Shown here one piece after another: positions 12,273-23,204 of a stretch of 43,959 nt of DNA. A program made the position numbers and the translations under genes. Where the stretch lies: assembly GCA_000934665.2 (NCBI GenBank), contig KZ538199.1, forward strand, positions 62,001-105,959. Reading direction: 5' to 3'. Each line of letters starts with the position of its first letter. Position 1 is the stretch's first letter. This DNA is from Catajapyx aquilonaris. Its lineage: Eukaryota. The notes under the pieces are model-generated. The model did not search any database, was not told the DNA's origin, and saw only the letters and a list, made by a program, of their open reading frames with translations.

Positions 12273-12635
12273 CACTCGGGCGAATCAAAAAGTAATACTC
12301 AACTTTTTAAATTCAGAAGTTTCACTACAGAAACAGAAACTGACGTATACGTATGAAGGGGCAAGTCTTTTTCTAAATTTGGACATAGTCACCATACACA
12401 TTGACACACTTGTAAAAAAAAATCCATGCGACTGCAGAAAAAAGCGTCAAGANCCCCCCTCCATAGTGGCAAGGAAAATCTAAGTGCCCTGCTGGGATAT
12501 AAGTGCGTCAATGTGTATGGTGACTATGACCAAAATTTGAAAAAGGCATGCCTCTTCATACGTATGTCAGTTTCAGTTTCTGTAGTGAAGCTTCGGAATT
12601 TAAAAAGTTGTGAATTCCTTTTGGATTCGCCGTAG
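12273..12635. mobile_element. Mariner foldback MITE, copy M6 (contains an assembly N at 12453)
   Basis: gggcgaatcaaaaagtaat...gattcgccgtag|TA; KCVNVYGDY on +. Confidence 0.85.
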
Positions 12636-13120
12636 TACTGTAAATACAACAAAAAAAAGCCATGTTCACCTAAGTACCAATATATGTGTTTACAACACTT
12701 CACATAAAAGAAAACGGAAATCCGTGCAAAGAAAAAGAAAAAAATAAGAAAAAAAGCCTTGAAAATAAACAAAAAAAAATAAAAGGTAAGCCGAAATAAA
12801 AAGTTTCCACTGCGTAACTCTGCTTTATCATATACCCTAAACGTTCAGGAGTATTAATATCAAAGTACCACTGTTCGCCATATTTATGTTCGATACTTCG
12901 CGAAACAGGTTTAAGAAGCGCAAAAAACCTTGTTGATGCTTTTTTCCCTGCCTCTCCCCCGCCCCCTCCACCCGATGTGTAAGATTAGAAACCACACTTC
13001 AAAAAAGAACAATTTTGCCCCATGTAGAGGATCATACACGATGAAAGGAATCCTCCTGCTTAATCGGCTAAGGAACCAACGTGACTGTTTATGTGGTGCC
13101 TCGGAAACGTTTGAAAAATG

Positions 13121-13158
13121 ACTTCCCAATCATGTTCTAGATTTTCAGCCCTCAACCG

Positions 13159-13210
<52 letters not shown>

Positions 13211-13850
13211 NAATTTGCCACAATAGACGATTACATTTTCCCAATCATGTTCGCGATTTTGACACCCCCCCCCCCGCCCTTCTTTCTCCCTTAATTTTTA
13301 ATAGTGTGAGAACAATGAGGATTCTCTACTTATTGCTGAACTTTCAAATAATGGAAATTGTCGACGAATGTGAGCCCACCATCCCAGCACGGATAAATTA
13401 TCTCATTTGCCACAATTGACGATTACATTTTCCCAATCATGTTCTAGATTTTGAGTCCCCAGCCCCTTCTTCCCCTTCATTTTGAGTAGTATCACATTAT
13501 TCAGGAGTCTCCAATAATATTGATGAACTTTAAAATAATGGAAATTGTCGAGGAATGTGCGTCCAACATCCCGCCACGGATATTTTATCGAACTGGCCAC
13601 AATACACCATTGAATTTTCCCAATCATGTTCTAGATTTGAGCCCCCAACCCCCGTATTCCCCTACATTTTGAATAGTGTCAACAATCAGGATTCTGCAAT
13701 AATTTCTGATCTTTAAAATAATAGAAATTGTTGACGAATGTGCGTCCAACATCCCGTCATGGATATTTTGTCCAATTTTCCACAATACACGGATAACATT
13801 TTTCCAATCATGTTCTAGATTTTGAAATCCCCCACCTCCTACTCCCACCC
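13121..13850 (+). repeat. ~188-bp satellite array (about 4-5 units)
   Basis: Anchors at ~13124, 13240, 13433, 13619, 13804; long poly-C plus N at 13211. Confidence 0.92.
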
Positions 13851-14837
13851 CAATTGTCAGAATTAAATTCGGCAGTGTAAATTTTTTGCATAACTTGAAA
13901 AAAAAAATCCAAATTCGTAACTTTCAATCCCAGATTTTAAATACTCCGAAGTTAAATATTTAAAAACTGCCTTTCACATAGTAATTATTACTCAAGTGCC
14001 ACTAAAAATTATCCTGGTTACGCGGAACAATCAATACTGTGATGCATCTATTCCCCAAATTGATGTCCGAAGATTTTTTATTTTTTATTTTTGCGCCTTC
14101 CTCCCTTCCATTACCACCCCGAAATCCCACCCAAAATGATATAGAAGTACTGTATTGTCCCTCTAAAATTTCTAGGCTATTAAGGACGCGCATTCCCTCT
14201 TGTTAGCATGGAATCCGGCTGTCTAGATTATTGTCTATTACCCCGTCCCATTGTACAACTAAGTAGGAACAGAAAGTTATGCCAGTGGAAATTATATTGT
14301 GAAAAAAAATATGAAAAAATGAAAAAAAAATTTTAACAAATTAAAAAAATTAAAAGCGAAAAAAAATCCCTACAGCCAACTTCATAAGTAAATATAAAAG
14401 GACCAACGAAAACTATATGTATTCAGGGTCCAGTTTGCCATGTGACTATATGATTTTTATTGGAAGTTGTTTCTAATAATAATATATGAAAAAGTGACTC
14501 CGTTTATATCTGCCCCCTGAGCAGTCAAACCTGGCCTCAACATTCGCCATTTAAATGAAAATACGTTGCAAATAATCGGCTTTCAACCCCAGGGTTTCGC
14601 TACTCAGGAGGCATTTAGGAACTGATTTTCAGGCGTTCATCTAATATTATCATGAAGAACTTGCAATGAATAGTGTCGACCCTCACGGCAAAATCGATCC
14701 TGGAAGACATCTTAAAAAATAAAAAAATAAAACAAAACAAAAAAGCACTACAACTGAAGAGAAAAACCACAACAAAAACTAAGTGAAAGAAAACCAAAAA
14801 AAAAGAAATTAAAATACAAAAAAAGAGGAAGAGGAAG

Positions 14838-14948
14838 GGTCGAATTTTCGTCCCACTGCTAGTTACTGCTAACTTAGCAGTAGACTACCAGTTCCAACAG
14901 AGGCACTGCTAAGTTAGCAGTAACTAGCAGTGGGACAAAAATTCGACC
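14838..14948. mobile_element. 111-bp hairpin element, copy 2
   Basis: Identical to 5517-5627. Confidence 0.85.
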
Positions 14949-14999
14949 AGAAAAGCAGAATATTAGGACGATACCGTGACAAAACATGCGGAATAAAAT

Positions 15000-16005
15000 G
15001 AAAAGTTCACCCCTATTTTTTATTTTAATGTAACTTGGTGCTATTATTCTTCATATAATGTAGTATGACCATATTTTTAAATAAAATACGATCACTGAGT
15101 CACGCGCAATTAATTGGACGAACGACCTTATAAGTCGTCAACTACATGGCACACCGTTACGTTTGATGTACAAATGACGTTGTCCTGGATGGAGGGATTG
15201 CGGAGATTGAATGTTCACGTTTTTGGAATCGAAATGACATAATATTTCGAGTTTATAGTTGAAAAAGTATATATTCGTCATCGAACTACCTCCTTCAACC
15301 TTTAAAAATCATTTTCGTAATCTATACTCTTCATTCAGCATGTTTTGACTAGAATTTGTGCGGAGTGGGATCAAACAGGTCGGTCGGTGACGGAGTTCGG
15401 TTGAGTGACATCATGTATTTCGACAAGGCTGGCAGGGTCGGCATTATGGCTCTTTGGAGAGAAGGCCGTGGACTGCGAACGTAAAAAGCATTTTCCAATC
15501 CCGCCATCGCGCGAAAAGGACCGTAATACCGACCTTGCTAGCCTTGCCAAAATGACGTCACTCAACGGAAATCCGGCGCCGACCAACCTGTTTTATTTTA
15601 TCACTCCGGAACTTACGGAGGTCCCACACTGGAAAAAGCGGTCAAAATGCTGAATTAGTACAGCTTACGGTGCATTGTTTTAAGAGGCCGACGGAGGTAG
15701 TCCGATAACGGATGTAATATTTTTCAACGATGAACTTCAAATATAATGCCGTCATTTCGATTTGAAAAATTTCGACATTCCATCTTCGTAATCCGTCCAA
15801 CCTGTACGACATATTTGTACCTCAAACGTAACGGTACAGGGTCGTTTGTCCACGTGTGTGAGGGCGTTTACTCGCGTTACGGGTTTTAGCCTTTTAATTA
15901 AAACACTGGCCTAGTGATCATACCTTTAAAAATAGTGTCATTCTTTATTCCTTATGCAGAATAATGCCACGAAATTTCATGAAGATAAAATTATGGGGTG
16001 AGATT
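15000..16005. mobile_element. Old ~1-kb foldback element, copy 2
   Basis: Paralogue of 5680-6700 with the same mirror blocks. Confidence 0.75.
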
Positions 16006-16198
16006 GCTAGCATGATTTCTTCCGGAATCGCCCACTTGGGAAAGGAGTGGATGAATACGCACCCTATTCAGTTTTCTTACACTCCTTTCCCTCATTATAA
16101 AATGACAGAACACAAAATAACAAAAAAATATGAAAAGGAAATTAAAGCACAAAAAAACTACAAAACCACTGAAAAGTATAAAAAAAATACAAAATATA

Positions 16199-16763
16199 CG
16201 AGGGCGAATCAAAAAGTAATTCTCAACTTTTTAAATTCCGAAGCTTCACTACAGAATCTGAAACTGACGTATACGTATGAAGGGGCAAGTCTTTTTCTAA
16301 ATTTGGACATAGTCACCTTACACATTGGCGCACTTATAATAATTTTTCCATGCGGCTGCAGAAAAAAGCGTCAAGGTGGCTGGGAAGTCAGTGGCGGACG
16401 ACCTCTTCCACTTCATCGACGTCGCTGATGTCTTGACAAGCCAGTGCTTCTTTTTTTTGGGAGATCAGGGACATTACCATCATATTGTACCAATCTAGAA
16501 GCACCTGGCCGGTCAGTACTTCAGCAGTAACGAGGAAGTGAACGAGGCCATCCTCCACTGGCTTCCCAGCAAGCTTGGACTTGATTCCCCCCACAGTGGC
16601 ATAGAAAAACTGAGTGTCCTGCTGGGATAAGTGCGTCAATGTGTCGGGTGACTATGACCAAAATTAGAAAAAGACTTGCCCTTTCATACGTATGTCAGTT
16701 TCAGTTTGTGTAGTGAAGCTTCGGAATTTAAAAAGGTGTGAATTACTTTTCCATTCGCCCTAG
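16199..16763. mobile_element. Mariner foldback MITE, copy M7
   Basis: TA|CGAGGGCGAATC...ATTCGCCCTAG|TA; KHLAGQYFSSNEEVNEAILHWL...WDKCVNVSGDY. Confidence 0.92.
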
Positions 16764-16854
16764 TACTATAAATACACAAAAAAATGGTTGAAGATGTACC
16801 AGAGTAAACGAAAAGTTTCGACCCTCTCCTACCTCCCCCCCNCCCCCAAAGACG

Positions 16855-17240
16855 TGAGCTCGATGCCCCTTTTAAAAAATACAAGCACAAAAAACAAAAC
16901 AAAAAACAAAAAAACAGTATTTTTAAAAAAATTCAAAAAAACCAGTGTTCATCTAAGTACGTGTACTTCTATATAAGTATTGCTATAAAAGAAAACGGAA
17001 ATCCGTGCTAAAAAAACCTAAAAAAAGAGAAAGAAAGAAAGAAAAAAGCAAAAAAAGTTAGCTCGATGCCCTATTCAAAAATACAAGCACAAAAAACCAA
17101 AAAAAAAACACTAAAAACTTTCTTTTAAAAAATACCAAAAAAGCCAGTGTTCACCTAAGTACAAATACTTTAATAAGTATTGCTATAAAAGAAAACGGAA
17201 ATCCGTGCAAAAAACCTAAAAAAAGAAAGAAAGAAAAGGG
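16855..17240 (+). repeat. ~200-bp A-rich tandem duplication (MITE right-flank module)
   Basis: agctcgatgccc..aaaaatacaagcac..ccagtgttca.ctaagtac..aagtattgctataaaagaaaacggaaatccgtgc occurs twice. Confidence 0.85.
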
Positions 17241-17510
17241 CCAAAGAAAGTGCCACTGCGTAACTCTGCTTTACCATAATTATATAAGTTTTCATATAAA
17301 TGTACCACTGTTCGCCATCGTTTGTTCGATAATTTGCGAAACTGTTTTAAAAGGCGCAAAAAAACCTACAAAACCACTGAAAAAAAATCATTGCAAAATA
17401 TACGAGGAGAAATCAAAAAGTAATTCACAACTTTTTAAATTACGGGAACTTCGCTACAGAAACTGAAACTGACATATAATCTACATACGCAACGTTAATA
17501 TATCTTCATA

Positions 17511-17754
17511 ACTGAGGGGGTTAAAATCAAAAACCGACAGCTCCGTCATAAACGTAACGGAGAAAAACCTATCGTTTCGCCGTATATGTCAACGTAGATA
17601 CCTGAATGTAGCGGCTATTCCCATGTACAGTACATCTGTAGGGTTTTTGATGCCATATTCAGGTATTATGTAGTCCATGGCATGAGGAATGCATTTCCGG
17701 CGCTAACTCATTTTTTTTCTGGAGCTGTCGGTTTTTGATTTTAACCCCCTCAAC
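17511..17754. mobile_element. Tc1/mariner-type MITE with TA flanks
   Basis: Perfect 32-bp TIR tgagggggttaaaatcaaaaaccgacagctcc (17513-17544 / 17721-17752); TA at 17509-10 and 17755-56. Confidence 0.9.
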
Positions 17755-17800
17755 TAATAGCCCCGTTTGATATAGTTATCCTTATAAAACTCTGATATAA

Positions 17801-17969
17801 CAAGAACAACATCAACAACATCAACAACATTTCCCTATTTAGGGGTAGTCAGCGATGAAGGGAGACACAAGCTAACCCAACATATGAACTCAATTAAAAC
17901 TTGTGAAAAGAAAACTATAAACAACCCGTCCCACACCCCACCCCTGCCCATCTCACCGTCAGATCTATC
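17801..17969 (-). mobile_element. Retroposon 3'-end fragment with (TTG/ATG)n tail and 16-bp TSD
   Basis: Direct repeat taaaactctgatataa at 17785-17800 and 17970-17985; same family as 3272 and 18822. Confidence 0.75.
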
Positions 17970-18549
17970 TAAAACTCTGATATAAATAACAATAATAAAT
18001 GGCGCTGGGTGTCATAGGAATTAGCTGTCGGGTAGGTCTCTACTGGGATAAATGCGTCAATGTGTCTGGTGACGATGTCCAAAATTATTTCATACGTATG
18101 TCAGTTTCAGTTTCTGTATAGGATCTTCGGAATTAAGGATAGGAGGATCGAAAAATGCCCCCACGAGTGGGTCAGTTACAGTGAATACACCAATCCTCGT
18201 CCCCTGAGCGTATGTGGCAGACCTGTCCACAAACAAACACAAAAAATACATCCATGCCCCACCAAGATATTACCTCGTTCCACTTTTTAACGAAGTCATC
18301 GATTCCAGAACTGATTTCGCAGCGTGCAACCATAATAAATCATTAGTGGAAGTTCTCAGAGTAGAGAAAATTGGAGCCTCAAAGATGACGTTTACCCCCA
18401 CTTTTAATGGCCTCAGAAAGCGCAAGGTATCTGGCAGAATTTTGTTTTCCATTTTTACCTCCATAATAGGTGATTGCTCATTGTTTAAATCTCACACTGA
18501 TTACGTTAACATGGGTTAAAGTTAACTGCGGTGGAAATCTATACGTAAA

Positions 18550-19820
18550 CCAGCGTCATTACTCATCCCACGTTTACACACTGCCGGCCGTGAATTCTTT
18601 AATTCATAAAATTAAGGCTCGCGAAATGCTGGTTGTACTGTACAGGGGGTCAACACATTTATATCTAGGGTATTTCGGTGGGGAATTATGCAAAGAACAT
18701 TTTAGTCGCATCAGAATTACTGGTAGTGAACAATTTGCGACTCTAAGTTAGGCAGTGTCTACAATATATTGTTATTAAAATTAATGTTTTAATAGGGGCT
18801 TATTGCTTTTGTGGCCATTTTATCATCATCACCACCATCACGATATTTCCCTATAAGGGGTAGTCAGTGATGACGGGAGCCGCAAGCTAACCCAAAATGT
18901 GAATTAAACTTTTAAAAAATCTAAACTGAAATAAGCCTATAAACAACCCGTCCCGCCCCCACCCCGGGTCATCTCAGACGACAAACACTCGATATTATAT
19001 TTAAATATTACACTTTGCAACGCGGTACTTTGCGAAATCAAGTCCCCCCCCCNCTGGAAGCGGAATCTGCAATTGTTAAATTCCTCCAAATGACTAGAAT
19101 ATTATTTTATCTGTAGTGAGGAATAACAGTATTTGTTGAATTCCTCCAGTTCAGTAGAATTCCTCCAAATAATCCTTCAAAATAATTGCAAATTCCGATT
19201 TGTACTACAGCGAGTGATTAATAACCGTATTTCACTTTCCGTCTCTACTTTTATAGGACCATATTCCAGTCAAAATTATCCGGGTAGCCTACTACACCAC
19301 CCGCCAACTCCCCCCGAAAATGTGCATTACAGAAGGTCTTGACGTCGGTGGACCTAGGTGCCCAATGTGTGTCCATTACCTATAAAACATTTAAAAAGTA
19401 ACAAAAAAACCGCGAAACCATAAATGAGAAGTAAATAAATTTTGCAAAATATAAATAAATTTAAAAAATCGATGGAACCCTCGCCCTCTTCCCGCCTGGG
19501 GGTGCTTGCCTAGTAATTTTTTTTTCTTGCAAATAAAAGTACCATGTTCTCCTAAGGCCATGTCCGTGAATTGAACGCCCTCCCCCACACTCATCAGTAT
19601 TTCAAACAAAACAATAAAATAACGAATGAAACGTTTTAAAATATATATACAGGGAACTGAGTTTGTTTGGCTCTGCAACGCATTGTTGCGAAAACTACAG
19701 GCTGTCAGACGCGCCTATTCTCGAGAATTTTTGCTCCTCACGCTGTCACATGGAGGACCATAACTTGAAGGTCAGGTCAATTCTTATATTTGATATGTCC
19801 ATTTGAAAGGTATTTTTAAC
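18550..19820 (+). repeat. Left arm of a large old inverted repeat
   Basis: Reverse complement of 22930-24200, e.g. ataaaattaaggctcgcgaaatgctggttgtac, ggtggacctaggtgcccaatgt, agtttgtttggctctgcaacgc..aaaactacaggctgtca, aaggtcaggtcaat. Confidence 0.85.
18822..18990 (-). mobile_element. Retroposon 3'-end fragment, third copy
   Basis: (cat/cac)n + atttccctataaggggtagtcagtgatgacgggagccgcaagctaacccaa; absent from the partner arm. Confidence 0.65.
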
Positions 19821-19875
19821 GGAAGCCCGCAGGGGAAAGCATGTTTATATTTCCAGTTCTCGAATATACAGGGTA

Positions 19876-20635
19876 TAGTATAGGTCAAGCGGAAGTCAGC
19901 ATATTCCTTGGCCCAAAACAATTTGAAAATGTAGGGAGGAGAAATGTCCGACGTTGGAGATTTGCGTGCCCGAGACAAACGCGTCCACCCACCCAACGGT
20001 TTTTCTGTGGGGAAGACTTTTTTCCCGAATTGTTAAGATTTTTGCATTTTCTGATTCTGCTTTGCCTATATTTTTGTGCAAACATCACCTCAACTGCTAA
20101 TGCTCACTTCAGCAGGGTCGAAATATCACCCTAACTTGAACAATGGTGGCAGGGAAAAGGGGCAAACGTAGTTGCAGTTGGTAGTTGATACAGGTATAGT
20201 TTGGTGTTGTGCAACTGCATATGTGCAATAATTTCTAAATGATTGACGATACTTGATTTATAAATTGCTATAATTATAAAGGTCGACTTTGCTTAATCTT
20301 CTCTTGTAGTGATAATTAAACACCGAATTTTCTCATTTTCTTAACAGTGTTTTAGTCAAAATTTTCGTTTGTCCCTTTTCCTGTATGGCATAAATGTACA
20401 AATTTGGCTGATATTTTGACCCTAATTACGTGATCATTAGTAGTAGATATGATATATGCACAACATTTTAGGCAAAGCAGAAATTTTCAAAATTCACGTT
20501 AGTAAAATGTAGTAACAAGTAGTTTGGTTGCTAAAATCCATCGTAGTCTACCTCGTCAACGTTTGTTCCCCCGACATTTCCTCCCTACATTTTCGACTTA
20601 TTTTGGGCCCAAGGACTATCGCTTGACATATACTA
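19876..20635. mobile_element. ~760-bp foldback element with ~290-bp degenerate arms
   Basis: tagtataggtcaagcg..ccttggcccaaaac..gaaaatgtagggagg / cctccctacattttc..ttttgggcccaagg..cgcttgacatatacta; ttctgctttgcct / aggcaaagcagaa; ggaaaaggggcaaacg / cgtttgtcccttttcc. Confidence 0.8.
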
Positions 20636-20749
20636 GTAAGAAACACCGTATATTTGGAGTGCTCGAATGAGATTTTCAATACACGAATATTAATTTTCTC
20701 TGCGAGAATATTTCAGTGCTTGAATATATCTTTTCATAGCTCGAATATA

Positions 20750-20965
20750 CAGGATGTTCCAAATTCGTGGGTCGTTTTTAGTTATCGGTAATATCGTCCG
20801 AAGTAGTTATTTTTGTGTAGGTTGTGCCCCGATCCATGTGCCCCATTACTCCCAGTTGGAGGAATGTAGCAGTTGCTCGATTAGGGGCGCAACAAGCTAC
20901 AAAAAATAACAGCATCGAGCGAAATTTCCTATAACTAAAAGGACTAATATACCTGGAATACTCTG
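20750..20965. mobile_element. Tc1/mariner-type MITE family CAGGGTGTTCCAAGTTCGTGGGTC, copy 1
   Basis: TA|caggatgttccaaattcgtgggtcgtttttagttat...ataactaaaa..tggaatactctg. Confidence 0.8.
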
Positions 20966-20988
20966 CATATTTGCAGTGCTCTAATATA

Positions 20989-21287
20989 CACTCTACTCCC
21001 GATTATCCGTGTTTCGGATTATCTGTGCATCGTCAAAAAATCTCAAAAGTCCAAAAAATGTCAAGATGTCTCTCAAACGAAGAAATATAACCGACTTTTT
21101 CTAAAAGACAAACTGAAATACGTATAAACCTTAATTTAAAGCAGCACACAATATGCACAGTAGCACATAAAAAACCTGTGAATAGCTCGTTTTACGGTAT
21201 CTAAGACCATTTCAGGATTACCCGTGTTATCCGATTATCCGGCGACACCCGTGCAGTCATTAGCCCGGATAATCGGGAAGTACAGTG
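20989..21287. mobile_element. pogo/Tigger-like MITE
   Basis: TA|cactctactcccgattatccg ... cggataatcgggaagtacagtg, with subterminal gattatcc repeats. Confidence 0.8.
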
Positions 21288-21329
21288 CACGGAGGCTTGA
21301 GTCATCCAAGGATGACTCAAAACTCCGTG
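21288..21329. repeat. 42-bp near-perfect palindrome (possible minimal MITE)
   Basis: cacggag-gc-ttgagtcatcc-aa-ggatgactcaa-aa-ctccgtg. Confidence 0.8.
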
Positions 21330-21353
21330 GTACAGTGTATATGCGCAAATATA

Positions 21354-21578
21354 CAGGATGTTCCAAGTTCGTGGGTCGTTTTTAGTTATCACTAATATTG
21401 CCCGAAGTAGTTATTTTCTGTAGCTATCAATTGTGTCCCGATTCGGGTGCCCAATATACTCACAGGTGGTCTAATATAGCAGTTTCTATTCAGAAATAAA
21501 TTTAAATAAATGTAGTTGGGGGCGCAACAAGTTACAAAAAAATAAGAGCTTAGAGCGAAATATGCTTGGAACACCCTG
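21354..21578. mobile_element. Tc1/mariner-type MITE family CAGGGTGTTCC, copy 2
   Basis: TA|caggatgttccaag...cttggaacaccctg|TA. Confidence 0.85.
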
Positions 21579-21875
21579 TATATTCGAACACTGCAAATAT
21601 ATATTCGCGCAGTGAAGAAATATAATCGAGCACTGAAAATCAATGTTCAAGCAGTTAAAATAAATATTAGCGCACTGAAAATAGATTCGCGCACTGAAAA
21701 TATACCGTATATTCGCATACTGAAAATGTAGATACGCTTGCTATGAGATGATCATATTCAGTCTTAAGGAATCCAAACAGCTTAAATATGGCGCAAAAAT
21801 TTTGATTTTGATATTGGTCATCAATCGACCCCTATGGCTGAGGAATGTGTGTGGAATGGCTGCGGAATGACTGAG

Positions 21876-22624
21876 TAATAGTAAATAGTAAATAAAATAT
21901 ATAATAATAAGTAAATAATAATAACAATAACAATAAGTTAATAATAACAATAATAATAACAATAATAATAAGTTAATAATAATAATAACAATAATAATAA
22001 GTTAATAATAACAATAATAATAACAATAATAATAAGTTAATAATAATAATAACAATAATAATAAGTTAATAATAATAAGATAATAATAATAATAAGATAA
22101 TAATAATAATAAGTAAATAATAATAATAAGTAAATAATAATAATAAGTAAATAATAAGTATAATAATAAGTATAATAATAAATAATAAGTAATAATAAGT
22201 ATAATAATAAATATAAATAATAATAAGTATAATAGTAAATAATAAGTAATAATAAGTATAATAATAAATAATAATAAGTAAATAATAATAAGTAAATAAT
22301 AATAATAAGTAAATAATAGTAATAAGTAATAATAAGTATAATAATGAGTATAATAATGAGTAATAATAAGTAAATAATAATTAGTATAATAATAATTAGT
22401 ATAATAATAAGTAAATAATAATAAGTAAATAAGTTAATAAAATAAATAAGTTAATAAAATAAATAAGTTAATAATAATAATAATAACAATAATAATAATA
22501 AATAATAATAAGTAAATATGTTAATAAAATAAATGAGTTAATAATAATAATAATAATAATTAATAATAATAACAATAATAATAATAAATAATAATAATAA
22601 GTAAATATGTTAATAAAATAAATA

Positions 22625-22664
<40 letters not shown>

Positions 22665-22675
22665 GTAAATAGTAA
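21876..22675 (+). repeat. ~800-bp compound (AAT)n microsatellite with AAGT/AAC interruptions
   Basis: Direct reading. Confidence 0.97.
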
Positions 22676-22761
22676 ATGAGCAACGAATGGCTGCGAAAGA
22701 GATGCGGAATACGTACGGAATAGTTGCAGAATTAGGTACTGAATAGCTGAGGAATGGGAGG

Positions 22762-22763
<2 letters not shown>

Positions 22764-22799
<36 letters not shown>
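22764..22799 (+). repeat. (GA)n microsatellite
   Basis: Direct reading. Confidence 0.95.
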
Positions 22800-22801
<2 letters not shown>

Positions 22802-23204
22802 AATGAATATGTATGGTGGCTATCGTAGGGGTCGATTAACGGGCAATATTGAAATCAAAATTTTTGACGCCATATTTAATTTAACTTTTTGGATTTCTTA
22901 AGCATGGGTATGGCCATCTCATAGAGAGTGGAAATATCTTTCAAACGCACACATCAAACGTAAGAATTATTGACCTGACCTTGGAGTTGTGGTCTTCCAA
23001 GTGGCAGCATGAGAAAAAATTCTCGAAAATTTGCGCATTTGACAGCCTGTAGTTTTGCAGAGACGCGTTGCAGAGCCAAACAAACTTGGTTACATACACC
23101 GGCAATGTGGGGCACTACAATATACTCTGATTTTGTGAAAATCGGAGAAGGTCGTGGAAAAGGCTCCTTTGAAGTGGAATACTGTAGATACAAAAAAAGA
23201 ATAA

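Larger units (their letters stand above)
12930..16800 (+). repeat. Segmental duplication unit, copy C
   Basis: Colinear with 2654-7500, with fewer satellite units and no 3120-3440 insertion. Confidence 0.92.
17403..18136. mobile_element. Disrupted mariner MITE, copy M8 (left arm 17403-~17490, right arm remnant ~18042-18136)
   Basis: TA|CGAGGAGAAATCAAAAAGTAATTCAC... and ctgggataaatgcgtcaatgtgtctggtgacg...catacgtatgtcagtttcagtttctgta, separated by younger insertions. Confidence 0.75.
20650..21730. repeat. Two inverted arrays of a ~20-bp repeat (atattttcagtgctcga / tcgagcactgaaaatat), split by MITE insertions
   Basis: One orientation at ~20650-20748 and 20966-20988 (also ~19850); opposite orientation at 21580-21730. 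Confidence 0.65.
21741..22924. mobile_element. Non-autonomous TIR element (~95-bp TIRs) containing expanded microsatellites
   Basis: ctatgagatg..cttaaggaatccaaa..ttaaatatggcgcaaaaattttgattt..aatcgaccccta mirrored at 22826-22924. Confidence 0.85.

Noticed and set aside
12440..12470. Internal deletion of MITE M6 as a biological event
   Set aside because: The junction coincides with an assembly N (12453) and a C-run, so it may be a scaffolding artefact; the same caution applies at 13211
18275..18525. Possible minus-strand exon (ccgcAG acceptor, GAG|GTAATA donor; MVARCEISSGIDDFVKKWNE or the track ORF 18270-18464)
   Set aside because: No recognisable protein and no partner exons; part of it weakly matches 24250-24500, suggesting it belongs to the old inverted repeat
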